Shown here piece after piece: positions 53,296 through 64,000 of a stretch of 64,000 nt of DNA. The notes under the pieces were generated by a model. That model worked only from the letters and a program-made list of their open reading frames with translations. It was not told the origin of the DNA and ran no database searches. The stretch covers positions 3,520,001 to 3,584,000 of the forward strand of contig CAVWVQ010000003.1 in NCBI GenBank assembly GCA_963758525.1, written 5' to 3'. A program made the position numbers and the translations under genes. Source of the stretch: an uncultured Phycisphaerales bacterium (GTDB lineage Bacteria > Planctomycetota > Phycisphaerae > Tepidisphaerales > Tepidisphaeraceae). How positions within the stretch are numbered: the first letter of the stretch is position 1; each line of letters starts with the position of its first letter.

Positions 53296-56200
53296 CTAGC
53301 TGCACCCCATCGAATTCCCGCAATTCAAGCACTTGTAGCAAGTCCCGCTGCGGACGGTGATGCTGCCGCAGACATCGCAGGCCGGCGCGTCGGCTTGCAA
53401 CTCGCTCCCCTGCTGGCTCAGGGGATCGGAGACGATCGCCAGGCGGAGATTGGCGCCGCTGGGCGTGGGGGCGCCGACTTCGGGAGCCTGCAGGTGGCTG
53501 CTGTGAGCCTCCTTGAGCTGTTCATCAGTGGCAGAGCCGTAGTTGAAGGGCTTCGCGGTATCGATTTCAATGCGCGGGCCGTGACCGTTGCCGGATTTCT
53601 TCTCGCTCGTGGGGGCGGGACGCATGTCGCTCGTCTCCGCTTCGGCCGTCGCGGGCAGTGCGATCGGCGTCGCTGATTCCAACGTCGGCGAGGGTGCGGG
53701 CGGGATCGCGGGTTTCGTGCGCCGCGGAGCGTGCTGGGCGCGGTAGCCGGGCACGAATTCCATCGCGAGCCAGCGGAAGATGTAATCGACCAGCGACTTG
53801 GCGATCGGGATCTCAGGGTTGCGCGTCATGCCGCTTGGCTCAAAACGGACATGCTCGAACTTGCGGACCAGCGATTCGACAGGCACGCCATATTGCAGGC
53901 TGACGCTGACAAGCGTGGCGATGGTGTCCATCAGCCCGCCGATGGTGGAGCCTTCTTTGGCGATGCGGATGAAGACTTCGCCCGGTTGGCCGTCGTCGTA
54001 CAGACCGACGGTGATGTACCCTTCGTGACCGGCAACGTCGAACTTGTGCGTCTTGGCGGTGCGCGTGTCGGGCAGCCGTCGGCGCAGCGGACGCTCCACG
54101 ATGCGCTCTACGATTTTCTCGATCGTGTGATGATGCACCGGCGCGATATTGTCAGATGAGATTGCGGGGACCAGCGCGAGCGATGCGGCAGCCACGACGT
54201 CGGCGGCAACCTCCTCGCGCGCGGCCAGCACGGATTCCTCGTCATCCTCTTCCAGCTCGTCGATTTCCTCGTCGCTCTTCACGTTCAGCGGCTGGCTCAA
54301 CTTGGAACCGTCGCGATACAGCGCGTTGGCCTTGAGACCGAGCTTCCAGCTCAGCTCGTAGCTCTTCTGAATGTCTTCGATCGTCGCCTCATTGGGCAGA
54401 TTGATCGTCTTGGAGATCGCGCCGCTGATGAATGGCTGGGCCGCGGCCATCATGCGGATGTGACCCTCGACGGCGATGTATCGCTTCCCGTGCCTGCCGC
54501 ACTTGTTGGCGCAGTCAAACACCGGCAGGTGGACGTTTTGCAGGCCCGGCGCGCCTTCGATGGTTCCGTGACCGCAAATCACATCGTTGGCTTCGTCGAT
54601 CTGCTTCTTGTTGAAACCGAGCCGGCGGAGCAGATTGAAGTTGGGCGACTGCCATTCGCCTTCGGAAATACCCAGCCGGTTCATCAGATCGGGGCCCATC
54701 GCCCATGGATTGAAGGCAAACGAGATCTCAAACGTGCCGGGGAGCGCGGCCTCCACTTTTTCCAGCTCGGCATCGGTGAAGCCGAGGCGCTGAAGCCGTT
54801 CGTAACTGATGTGCGGCGCGTCGTGGAGCGTGAGGGTGCCCATGACGTACTTGATGATGTCGTGAATCTGCGTCGGCTCGTAGCCGAGATTTTCCAGCGC
54901 GGGCCGGAGCGATTGATTGGCGATCTTGAAGTAACCGCCGCCGGCCAGTTTCTTGAACTTGACCAGCGCGAAATCGGGCTCGACGCCGGTCGTGTCGCAG
55001 TCCATGAGCAGCCCGATGGTGCCGGTGGGGGCGATGACGGTGGTCTGCGCGTTGCGGTAGCCGTGACGTTCTCCCAGCGCCAGCGCGCGGTCCCAGCATT
55101 CGCGGGCCGAGGACAGCAGCGGACGGGGCGCCATCGGATCGGCATCTGAGAATTGCGTCTCGTCGATACCGACCGGCTCGATATCCAGGTGCTCGTAGGG
55201 ACCGGTCGCTTTGCGATGGGTCGGGGCCTTGCTTACGTTGTAAGCCGCCCGGCGATGATTGCGGATCACGCGGAGCATCTCCGCCTGGTTTTGCTCATAG
55301 CCGGGAAATGCGCCTAGCTCGCGAGCCATCTCCGCGCTGGTGGCGTAGCTCTCGCCGGTCAGAATTGCGGTGAGGGCGCCGCAGATTGCCCGTCCCTTCT
55401 CCGAATCGTACGGAATGCCCGCCTGCATCAGCATTGCCCCCAGGTTGGCATACCCCAGGCCGAGGGTCCGGTAGTGGTAGCTGAGCCTGGCGATTGCTTC
55501 GGAGGGGAAGCTGGCCATGAGCACCGAAATTTCCAGCACGATCGTCCAGAGGCGAATCCCGTGCTTGTACCCCTCCACGTCGAAGCGGCGCGACTCGGCG
55601 TCGAAAAACGTGAGGACGTTGAGCGATGCGAGATTGCACGCCGTGTCGTCGAGGAACATGTATTCCGAGCAGTTATGAACGGTCAATCCGTTCGCGACAA
55701 AGCTGCCGGTGACCGGTTCGGTCAGATCGAAAACCTGCTGCTTGCCGAGCGGCGTGAGCGTGGCGACGTGATCGTAGTTGGGCAGATCGCCGAACCTCGA
55801 CACCGATCCGCCGGCGGCTTCAGTCAGTTGAGAGAGCAGCGGGCCGGGAAGCAGAGAGATCGATTCACAAAAAGAGCGGAGGCTGCCCGGCTCAATACGC
55901 AGGCCGTGGCGTCTGGATTCTGCGTGCCCGGATTGATCGTCCGAAAGGCGACCGGACAGCGCTCCGCTGGCGAAGGCTCCGCCTTCGCATGTGTTGAGTT
56001 GCACCGACGACTGAATTCCAAAACCCGCAAGGAGGAGTTGCACGTCTTCCAGGAACCCGACGCTGTTGTGCTCGAGCGCGAGGATTCCGTCGCGAAGGCT
56101 CCCGTCGGCGGTGAAGAGCCCGCGAAGCAAATGCTTTTGCGCGGGCAGACCCGCGGTAAAGGCCTCATCGCCCAGACGCGTCTCACCCGTATCGGCGCGG

Positions 56201-57993
56201 AGGAACGCCTTGAGCCGGCTGATGAGCCGACGGTTGGTCAGCGTCGCGGTGAGCGTGTCGGCGCTCTCGTCTCCGAGCATGACCTGATTGACATAGTCAT
56301 CGCGATATCGTCGTTCACCCCAGGTGTCGGCGACATATCGCGTGTACTGATCGATCGCGGCCGCATCTCGCAGGCAGGCATCGAGCTTGACGGTGTTTGC
56401 ATCGTGGTTCGCGTTCGACAGCAGCAGGCCAAGAACCTGGAAGAACCGGGCGTCGGTCGGCTCGCCGATTTCTTCAACGCATGCCGGCCGGCTGGGAAGC
56501 TTGATCTCGTCCGACGCGGTGAGGTCCTGCGCCGCAACCCAGCCGCGATGGCGCGTCCAGACCTTGTGATCTGCCGTGAGTTTCAAGCGGTATCCGCCGG
56601 CGGTTCGCAGCTCGAAAACCTCGCGGGTGCCGGTGGGGAAAGCGCCGTCGGTGCCGTGGATTTCCTGCGAGTCTTTGTTGGTGATGATCCGGCTGGGGAG
56701 ATGAATCATCTGATCGATGCGGCGCCAGATTCCGCCGGGGGTGAGCACGCGCGTATCTCCGGTCACGCACGGATTCGACGCGTTGATCCGGCCCGATCGC
56801 GGGCAGGTGTGCCACTGGTTGATCGTGTCGTCATATTGCACGCCCGGGTCGGCGCAACGCCAGGCGGCAAACGAGATTTGCTCCCACAGATCGCGCACCT
56901 TCACCGTCTTGGCGACCTTCCCGCTCGAGCGCCAGGTGAGCGTCCAGTCGCCATCCTCCTCAACCGCCTTGAAGAAACGATTGGGGATGCGGACGGAGTT
57001 GTTTGAGTTTTGGCCGGAGACGGTGAGATAACCTTCGCCATTGAAATCGTAGTCCAGCTTCAGCCCGAGCTTTTTGGCCAACTCCTGCTGCGGCTTGGAC
57101 AGATGCTTGATCCCTTCCGCCAGCGCGGCAACCTTGAGCTCTTCGCGCACTTTCCAGTTGACGAAATCCTCGATATCCGGATGGTCCAGATCGAGGCAGA
57201 CCATTTTGGCGGCCCGGCGCGTCGTGCCGCCCGACTTGATCGCGCCCGCGGCACGGTCGCCAATTTTCAGGAAGCTCATCAGCCCCGAGGATTTTCCGCC
57301 GCCCGAGAGCGGCTCGTCTTCACCGCGGATTTTCGAGAAGTTGGTTCCGGTGCCCGAGCCGTATTTGAAGAGACGCGCCTCGCGCGTCCAGAGATCCATG
57401 ATGCCGCCCTCGTTCACCAGGTCGTCTTTGACCGATTGGATAAAGCAGGCATGAGGTTGCGGATGTGAATACGCGTCGCGGCTCTTCTGCAGCTCGCCGT
57501 TCTTGGGATCGCAATAGAGATGCCCCTGCGCCGGGCCGGTGATGCCGTAGGCAAAGTTCAGCCCCGTGTTGAACCACTGCGGCGAGTTGGGCGCGCACAT
57601 CTGATGCAGCAGCATGTAGGCCAACTCGTCATAAAAGGCCTGCGCGTCCTCGGCGGTGTCGAAATACCCGTGCTTCTCGCCCCAGTAGCGCCAGCATCCG
57701 GCCAGGCGATGCACCACCTGCCGCGCGGATTTCTCCGGGCCGGTGACGATATTGCCGTGCGCATCGCGGATCGGCTGCCCGCTCTCGTCGGCCAGCGGAA
57801 CACCCGCCTTGCGGAAATACTTGCTCACCATGATGTCGGTGGCAAGCTGCGACCACTGGGCCGGAATCTCCGCGTCATTCATCTCGAAGACAATCGAGCC
57901 GTCGGGATTGCTGATCCGGCTCGTGCGCTTCTGATATTCAACCGATGCGAATGGGTCCTGTCCGGCCTTGGTGAATCGACGGGTGATCTTCAT
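53296..57993 (-). CDS. nrdJ: Class II (B12-dependent) ribonucleotide reductase with intein, TSCPD-like and Zn-ribbon C-terminus
   Basis: PNSPQWFN, ACFIQSV, FKYGSGTG, SNP[intein]CSEY, ACNLASLN, IAPTGTI, YRDGSK and CDVCG..CLNCG. Confidence 0.96.
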   Translation of the reverse strand: MKITRRFTKAGQDPFASVEYQKRTSRISNPDGSIVFEMNDAEIPAQWSQLATDIMVSKYFRKAGVPLADESGQPIRDAHGNIVTGPEKSARQVVHRLAGCWRYWGEKHGYFDTAEDAQAFYDELAYMLLHQMCAPNSPQWFNTGLNFAYGITGPAQGHLYCDPKNGELQKSRDAYSHPQPHACFIQSVKDDLVNEGGIMDLWTREARLFKYGSGTGTNFSKIRGEDEPLSGGGKSSGLMSFLKIGDRAAGAIKSGGTTRRAAKMVCLDLDHPDIEDFVNWKVREELKVAALAEGIKHLSKPQQELAKKLGLKLDYDFNGEGYLTVSGQNSNNSVRIPNRFFKAVEEDGDWTLTWRSSGKVAKTVKVRDLWEQISFAAWRCADPGVQYDDTINQWHTCPRSGRINASNPCVTGDTRVLTPGGIWRRIDQMIHLPSRIITNKDSQEIHGTDGAFPTGTREVFELRTAGGYRLKLTADHKVWTRHRGWVAAQDLTASDEIKLPSRPACVEEIGEPTDARFFQVLGLLLSNANHDANTVKLDACLRDAAAIDQYTRYVADTWGERRYRDDYVNQVMLGDESADTLTATLTNRRLISRLKAFLRADTGETRLGDEAFTAGLPAQKHLLRGLFTADGSLRDGILALEHNSVGFLEDVQLLLAGFGIQSSVQLNTCEGGAFASGALSGRLSDDQSGHAESRRHGLRIEPGSLRSFCESISLLPGPLLSQLTEAAGGSVSRFGDLPNYDHVATLTPLGKQQVFDLTEPVTGSFVANGLTVHNCSEYMFLDDTACNLASLNVLTFFDAESRRFDVEGYKHGIRLWTIVLEISVLMASFPSEAIARLSYHYRTLGLGYANLGAMLMQAGIPYDSEKGRAICGALTAILTGESYATSAEMARELGAFPGYEQNQAEMLRVIRNHRRAAYNVSKAPTHRKATGPYEHLDIEPVGIDETQFSDADPMAPRPLLSSARECWDRALALGERHGYRNAQTTVIAPTGTIGLLMDCDTTGVEPDFALVKFKKLAGGGYFKIANQSLRPALENLGYEPTQIHDIIKYVMGTLTLHDAPHISYERLQRLGFTDAELEKVEAALPGTFEISFAFNPWAMGPDLMNRLGISEGEWQSPNFNLLRRLGFNKKQIDEANDVICGHGTIEGAPGLQNVHLPVFDCANKCGRHGKRYIAVEGHIRMMAAAQPFISGAISKTINLPNEATIEDIQKSYELSWKLGLKANALYRDGSKLSQPLNVKSDEEIDELEEDDEESVLAAREEVAADVVAAASLALVPAISSDNIAPVHHHTIEKIVERIVERPLRRRLPDTRTAKTHKFDVAGHEGYITVGLYDDGQPGEVFIRIAKEGSTIGGLMDTIATLVSVSLQYGVPVESLVRKFEHVRFEPSGMTRNPEIPIAKSLVDYIFRWLAMEFVPGYRAQHAPRRTKPAIPPAPSPTLESATPIALPATAEAETSDMRPAPTSEKKSGNGHGPRIEIDTAKPFNYGSATDEQLKEAHSSHLQAPEVGAPTPSGANLRLAIVSDPLSQQGSELQADAPACDVCGSITVRSGTCYKCLNCGNSMGCS
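55672..56769 (-). mobile_element. Intein (366 aa) with degenerate LAGLIDADG domain
   Basis: Starts CVTGDTRVLT; block B LKLTADHKV; LRGLFTADG; ends VFDLTE..FVANGLTVHN/C. Confidence 0.95.
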
Positions 57994-58091
57994 CTGGTCA
58001 CATCCCTGTTTTTAAAGCGTTTGTAGAAATTCCAGTGACATTGCGAATATGACATGACGCGCCCTTTCGGCCGCGCATGCGGACGGCCGGT

Positions 58092-58652
58092 TCAATCAAC
58101 CTTGGGAAGCGTCAGACCGGCCTGGTTCTGATATTTCCCGCGCTTATCGGCATAGCTGACGGCACACACGCGATCGGCCTTGAGAAAAACGAGCTGGGCG
58201 ATCCCCTCATTGGCGTAAATCTTTGCCGGCAGCGGCGTCGTGTTGCTGATTTCGAGCGTGATCTTTCCCTGCCATTCCGGCTCGATCGGCGTCACGTTCA
58301 CAATGATCCCGCAACGGGCGTAGGTGCTCTTGCCGACGCAAATCGCCAATGCGTTTCGCGGCATGACAACGTGTTCGACGGTTTCGCACAGCGCAAACGA
58401 ATTGGGCGGAATCAAAACGTAGTCCCTTCCCTCGATCTCGGTATCGACGGTGACAAACGAGCGCTCCGAAAAGCGCTTCGGATCGATCACCTCAGAATTG
58501 ACATTGGTGAAGATCTTGAACACCGATCCCACCCGCAGATCGTACCCGTAGCTGGAGACGCCGAAACTGATCTTCCCCTGGCGTTTGGTGTTTTCCTCGA
58601 ACGGCTCGATGCCGATCAACTCGCGGATTTGCGTATCGCACAGCACACCCAT
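58092..58652 (-). CDS. dcd: dCTP deaminase
   Basis: [42 protein letters not shown] and KYQNQ. Confidence 0.96.
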   Translation of the reverse strand: MGVLCDTQIRELIGIEPFEENTKRQGKISFGVSSYGYDLRVGSVFKIFTNVNSEVIDPKRFSERSFVTVDTEIEGRDYVLIPPNSFALCETVEHVVMPRNALAICVGKSTYARCGIIVNVTPIEPEWQGKITLEISNTTPLPAKIYANEGIAQLVFLKADRVCAVSYADKRGKYQNQAGLTLPKVD

Positions 58653-58885
58653 CGGACCCTCGCAGTCTCGCAGAACGTGAAGGACGTATTCGTCCGTTTT
58701 CATCCGCGCCAGCGTCCCGTCGGTCCATGACGGTAAATCGCAATCATCTCAAAAAAATGCCCGCGCTGGTCCTTGCGCCGGGACACGACACATCTCGCAA
58801 GATCAGTGCCCAAAAGCAGTAGCGCTTCGTACTTGGGCTCGCCACCGGCCGACGTTCGATTTATCGGCTTAAGCTCGCCAACTGT

Positions 58886-58932
58886 ACACAATATCTTGTG
58901 GTCTTCAAAGGATAATTTACCACAGCTAGTGC
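58886..58932 (-). promoter_or_regulatory. Tandem NrdR boxes upstream of dcd-nrdJ
   Basis: ACACAATATCTTGTGG (58886-58901) and weaker TTACCACAGCTAGTGC (58917-58932), 31-bp offset. Confidence 0.8.
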
Positions 58933-59019
58933 ATACTGAATCTTAGCGCTTTGATAGTTCAAGGATTACGATACGCGAAAAATTTTCCATGCCGTCGATC
59001 GACTGTCGCGCGGCGCAGC

Positions 59020-59053
59020 TTATCCACCGGCTCACGTGACAGGTTGTGGAAAA
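59020..59053. promoter_or_regulatory. Two inverted DnaA-box-like 9-mers
   Basis: TTATCCACC (one mismatch) and TGTGGAAAA (reverse TTTTCCACA). Confidence 0.5.
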
Positions 59054-59061
59054 GTGTTGCT

Positions 59062-59089
59062 TTGACATCGAACCTGCACGCATTAAACT
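59062..59089 (+). promoter_or_regulatory. Sigma70-like promoter for leaderless DUF433 gene
   Basis: TTGACA-16 bp-TAAACT, 7 nt before GTG 59097. Confidence 0.6.
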
Positions 59090-59096
59090 TTGATTC

Positions 59097-59324
59097 GTGG
59101 ATTACTCGCACCTCATCACAATCGAGGCGGAGAAGCGGAGCGGGCAGGCATGTATCCGCGGCCTGCGCATCACCGTTCGCGATGTGCTTGAGTACCTCGC
59201 CTCCGGAATGTCCAGCGAGGAAATTCTCGGCGATTTTCCTGATCTGACCGCGGATGATATCCGTGCATGTCTGGCATTTGCGGCTGAGCGAGAACGGCGG
59301 CTGTGGGTTGTGCCCGCCGCATGA
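59097..59324 (+). CDS. DUF433 family antitoxin
   Basis: RSGQACIRGLRITVRDVLEYLASGMSSEEILGDFPDLTADDIRACLAFAA. Confidence 0.93.
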   Translation: MDYSHLITIEAEKRSGQACIRGLRITVRDVLEYLASGMSSEEILGDFPDLTADDIRACLAFAAERERRLWVVPAA

Positions 59325-59362
59325 AACTCCTCTTCGATCAGAACTTCACCCGACGGCTTCTA
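59321..59362 (+). pseudogene. N-terminal stub of DUF5615/PIN-like toxin
   Basis: ATGA overlap, then MKLLFDQNFTRRLL; runs into the convergent DUF4058 gene. Confidence 0.7.
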
Positions 59363-60104
59363 TCACATTCTTCCATCGCCGCGGCACGCCTTCGTACGCG
59401 GCGGCGTAGGTCGCGTCCAACGGGAGGTTGACATACCAGTCAGGATCGTAAAACAGCGGCATCTCGGGGACTGGTTCGCCCGGCTCGAATGATTCGCCAT
59501 AGCAGTGGACCAGATCGGCAACACGGAAGGAGGAAGTGGAAAGGGGTTTGCCCCCCGGCCATGCGATACGCTGCCCGCCGATCGCTTCCCATACGGCGCT
59601 GCTGAGTCCCGCCGGATCGCTCGGGCCGGCAGGGAAGAGGTCGACCACCACAAGGTGATACCCGGCTTGTAAGCTGCCCACCGCCTTATCGATGAATCGC
59701 TGCACGGACTGGGCCCGGTCCTTGTTGCCGGGCGAAACGATCTCCAGAAGCGCAACGATTCGGTCATTGGTGGCATGACGAATCGTCAGCGTGCGCCGCT
59801 TGAGGGCGTACAGTGCCGCCTCGTCGACCTGCCCGATCACGTGCGCCTTTGGCCGCGCCACTGCCAGCGCGGTTCCGCCGCCGTCCGACGAAAAATCCTC
59901 CGGCTCGCGGCTCTCGCTACCCTCGTCATGTTGCTCCAGCGCCAGAAGGTCCGGCTCGAACTCCGCCGCCCGCTGCTCGGCCAAGGCGTATAAATCACGC
60001 GGCAGAAGGCCGGAATTGAGGGCACGGCGGAGCTCCGCGATCCACGCCAGGTGGAAGTCATGAAACGTTCCCGCTGTCACTCTTGTCCAGTCGTGCGCCG
60101 GCAT
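59346..60104 (-). CDS. DUF4058 family protein
   Basis: MPAHDWTRVTAGTFHDFHLAWI, LEIVSPGNK, HLVVVDL and LPLDATY. Confidence 0.88.
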   Translation of the reverse strand: MPAHDWTRVTAGTFHDFHLAWIAELRRALNSGLLPRDLYALAEQRAAEFEPDLLALEQHDEGSESREPEDFSSDGGGTALAVARPKAHVIGQVDEAALYALKRRTLTIRHATNDRIVALLEIVSPGNKDRAQSVQRFIDKAVGSLQAGYHLVVVDLFPAGPSDPAGLSSAVWEAIGGQRIAWPGGKPLSTSSFRVADLVHCYGESFEPGEPVPEMPLFYDPDWYVNLPLDATYAAAYEGVPRRWKNVIEAVG

Positions 60105-60267
60105 AAAAATCATTATACGGTCCGAAAAGAAATAAGCGTATGAGACAACGCTCGTCCTCTCGTCACGTTTCACGTCTTCACGTTCGAAGATTTCCACCTC
60201 CCTGTCACGTTCCAATCACCAATCACCAATCGCAACGCCCACGACGTACAAATAAATTATTTCACCC

Positions 60268-60296
60268 TTGCATCTCGCAAATCCGATAGCTAACAT
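60268..60296 (+). promoter_or_regulatory. Putative sigma70 promoter of recA
   Basis: TTGCAT-17 bp-TAACAT with AT-rich upstream tract. Confidence 0.55.
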
Positions 60297-60439
60297 CCCC
60301 CAAACAGCACTGAGTCAGGACGGTATTGGCGACTTCCGTCGAGCTCAGTTGGCGATGGCCGGTATGTGCCGGTCGGTCGCTTGAAGTCGCCGCATACGCT
60401 GGCTGAAAAACAGACCCGGCGTTCACTGGAGTTCATATC

Positions 60440-61576
<1,137 letters not shown>

Positions 61577-61821
61577 TCTTGCCGTGCCCAAAGAACCGGC
61601 AACTGGGTTCGCTGCACCAGGTAGCAATTTGTGATGCCCAGCGGATTCTTTGCCTGCCGGAAATATCCGGCACATCACCACTTATGTGAGCGGCGGCTTC
61701 AACCAGGAGCTTGAAGCCGCCGCTGCTCTTGCCGAGGGCGCGCAAATTGCTAAACATGCAGGGGCTGGCGAGCGTAGTGCTCGCAGCGGGCGTTGTGGGC
61801 TTTTGTGCATCGGGGTTGTGA

Positions 61822-63300
61822 ATGGGCTTGTGCATCTCGCGGACGACGCGGGGGGCGGTCGTTGCGATCATCGGATCATGCGGTCTGCTCGCTTCGTGCA
61901 CCACGGCGAGTCACACCGCCTCTCTACCCGCAATTGTCGCCGGATCTCAAGCTCCATTGATGGCGAACTTCGATGCTGCCGCATTGCAGCAGCAATTCGA
62001 AGCGGTCGCCGATCGGGTCGCGCCGGCGGTGGTGGCCATAGCGGCAACCGAGCAGCACGCGCCAGCCGCCTCACGACTGGGCCGCGAAGACATCAATGGA
62101 GATCGTCTCGCGTCAATGCTCAGTTCCGTTGACCGCACCGTCGGCACTGGCTTTGTTGTGGATTCCAACGGCTATGTGCTGACAAACGACCACGTCGTGG
62201 ATGGGGCCGCGGAACTTTGGATCACAACCGACGATCACAAAGTCTATCCGGCTGTCGTCGTCGAATCCGATCCATACGCCGATCTCGCGCTCTTGAAAAT
62301 TCCCGCGGCAAACCTTGCGGTCGCAAAACTCAGTGATGGCCCCGAGCCCCGGCGCGGGCAGTGGACGATCGCTCTGGGCAACCCATACGGCATGTCAACC
62401 CGCGGGCAGATGTGCGCCAGCGTGGGTGTGGTCAGCGCCGTTGACCAGGCGCTTCCCCGCCTCTCCGACAAGGAGGACCGTCTTTACACTGGTTTGATTC
62501 AGACGACTGCACAGATCAACCCCGGCAACTCCGGCGGACCGCTGCTCAACCTCGCCGGCAAAGTTATTGGGATCAACACGGCGGTCATCCTGCCGCTCAA
62601 GCAGACCAATGGCATCGGATTCGCCATCCCCGCCTCCCGGCGACTCGCTGCCGAAATCGAAAATTTCAAGCAAGGCCGGCCGGTCGTGTACGGCTACCTC
62701 GGCGTGCGCGTCTCGTCTCCCACCCAGCACGAATGCGATGAAGCGCACCTGGACGACGGCTGTGGCGTGCGCATCGATTCGGTCGAGGACTCGTCGCCGG
62801 CCGCGGGCAATCTGCTGGCCGGGGATGTCATTGTCCGCTTTAATCAGCGCGACGTCGAAAGCTCGCAGCAGTTCAGCCGCCTGGTTTGCGATGCCCCGAT
62901 CGGCGAGCCGATCAGTGCCGATGTCCATCGCGCAGGCCGCGACCGCACGATCGGCTTCACGCTGCGGACCCGTCCGGCATCCGGCGCCGCCGATTCGCGG
63001 GAGAAGGACCGATTCCGCTGGAAAGGCCTCTTGCTCGGCTCGATCCCGCCAAACTGGCAAGCCGATGCGGACCCCCGGGCTGGAGCCGGTGTTCTGGTTC
63101 TTGCAATAGATCCGAAAAGCCCCTTCGTGCGCCAGGGAATTCAAGCGGGGGCGATCATCACCGCCATCGGCGGCAGCGCGGTTGAGAGCATCGCGCAATT
63201 CCAGGTCGCAGCAGAGCACTGCCGCGCTAAGGTGCCCGAGTTGCGCTTCACACCATCAACGGACCAACTGTTGGTCTCGGCAAGTCCGCCAGTTCGTTGA
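61822..63300 (+). CDS. HtrA/DegQ-type serine protease with PDZ domains
   Basis: GTGFVV, TNDHVV, DLALLKI, INPGNSGGPL and GYLGV. Confidence 0.93.
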   Translation: MGLCISRTTRGAVVAIIGSCGLLASCTTASHTASLPAIVAGSQAPLMANFDAAALQQQFEAVADRVAPAVVAIAATEQHAPAASRLGREDINGDRLASMLSSVDRTVGTGFVVDSNGYVLTNDHVVDGAAELWITTDDHKVYPAVVVESDPYADLALLKIPAANLAVAKLSDGPEPRRGQWTIALGNPYGMSTRGQMCASVGVVSAVDQALPRLSDKEDRLYTGLIQTTAQINPGNSGGPLLNLAGKVIGINTAVILPLKQTNGIGFAIPASRRLAAEIENFKQGRPVVYGYLGVRVSSPTQHECDEAHLDDGCGVRIDSVEDSSPAAGNLLAGDVIVRFNQRDVESSQQFSRLVCDAPIGEPISADVHRAGRDRTIGFTLRTRPASGAADSREKDRFRWKGLLLGSIPPNWQADADPRAGAGVLVLAIDPKSPFVRQGIQAGAIITAIGGSAVESIAQFQVAAEHCRAKVPELRFTPSTDQLLVSASPPVR

Positions 63301-63328
63301 GTTCAAGTCGTTCTCCAGAGATTGCTCG

Positions 63329-63511
63329 CGGATCTGTTTCTTCCCGCGTGCGCAGCACACCGAATTTTTTAGCCGCCTCGCTCGCGAGGCGTGTCCAGCG
63401 GCGCGGATGTTTCGTTTGGCGCCGTTTGGAAGAATTACGCAACTGGACACGCCCCGCAAGCGAGGCGGCTAAAGAATCGGTGGGCTGCGCACGCGCGAAG
63501 AAGCAGATCCG
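63329..63511. repeat. Long imperfect inverted repeat with arms of about 70 bp
   Basis: cggatctgtttcttc..tttagccgcctcgc..gtgtccag / ctggacacg..gcgaggcggctaaa..gaagaagcagatccg. Confidence 0.8.
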
Positions 63512-63552
63512 TCTTCCCCAAATCCACGCACCCCCGCTTGTCCCTCGTCTAA

Positions 63553-64000
<448 letters not shown>

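Noticed and set aside
58950..59060. oriC
   Set aside because: Only two DnaA-like boxes, no clear unwinding element or dnaA/dnaN nearby

Overview
High-GC bacterial chromosome segment, most likely Planctomycetota (Phycisphaerae-like). This is inferred from a PVC-type CxxCH dehydrogenase, DUF4058, DUF4159/MoxR and 'TQP' low-complexity tails. The core genes are glyA, CDF, an ExuT-like MFS with uronate isomerase, two SpoIIE/PP2C phosphatases, rnpA-yidD, a HEAT protein, GT39-GT9-TolC, topoisomerase VI B/A, an RNase Z-like MBL, a peptide ABC operon, dcd plus intein-containing class II nrdJ (with NrdR boxes), recA, HtrA and alaS. The accessory layer holds at least six intact or decayed two-gene toxin-antitoxin-like modules, including two unusual HEPN pairs and an ART-fold pair. 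It also holds two IS1182 copies inserted at the same position of a palindromic repeat, an IS630 and a MITE sharing a CTAG site, and several REP families that form tandem mosaic arrays and duplicate neighbouring DNA. Apparent frameshifts in many conserved genes suggest long-read indel errors. All family assignments come from motif recognition, not database searches.
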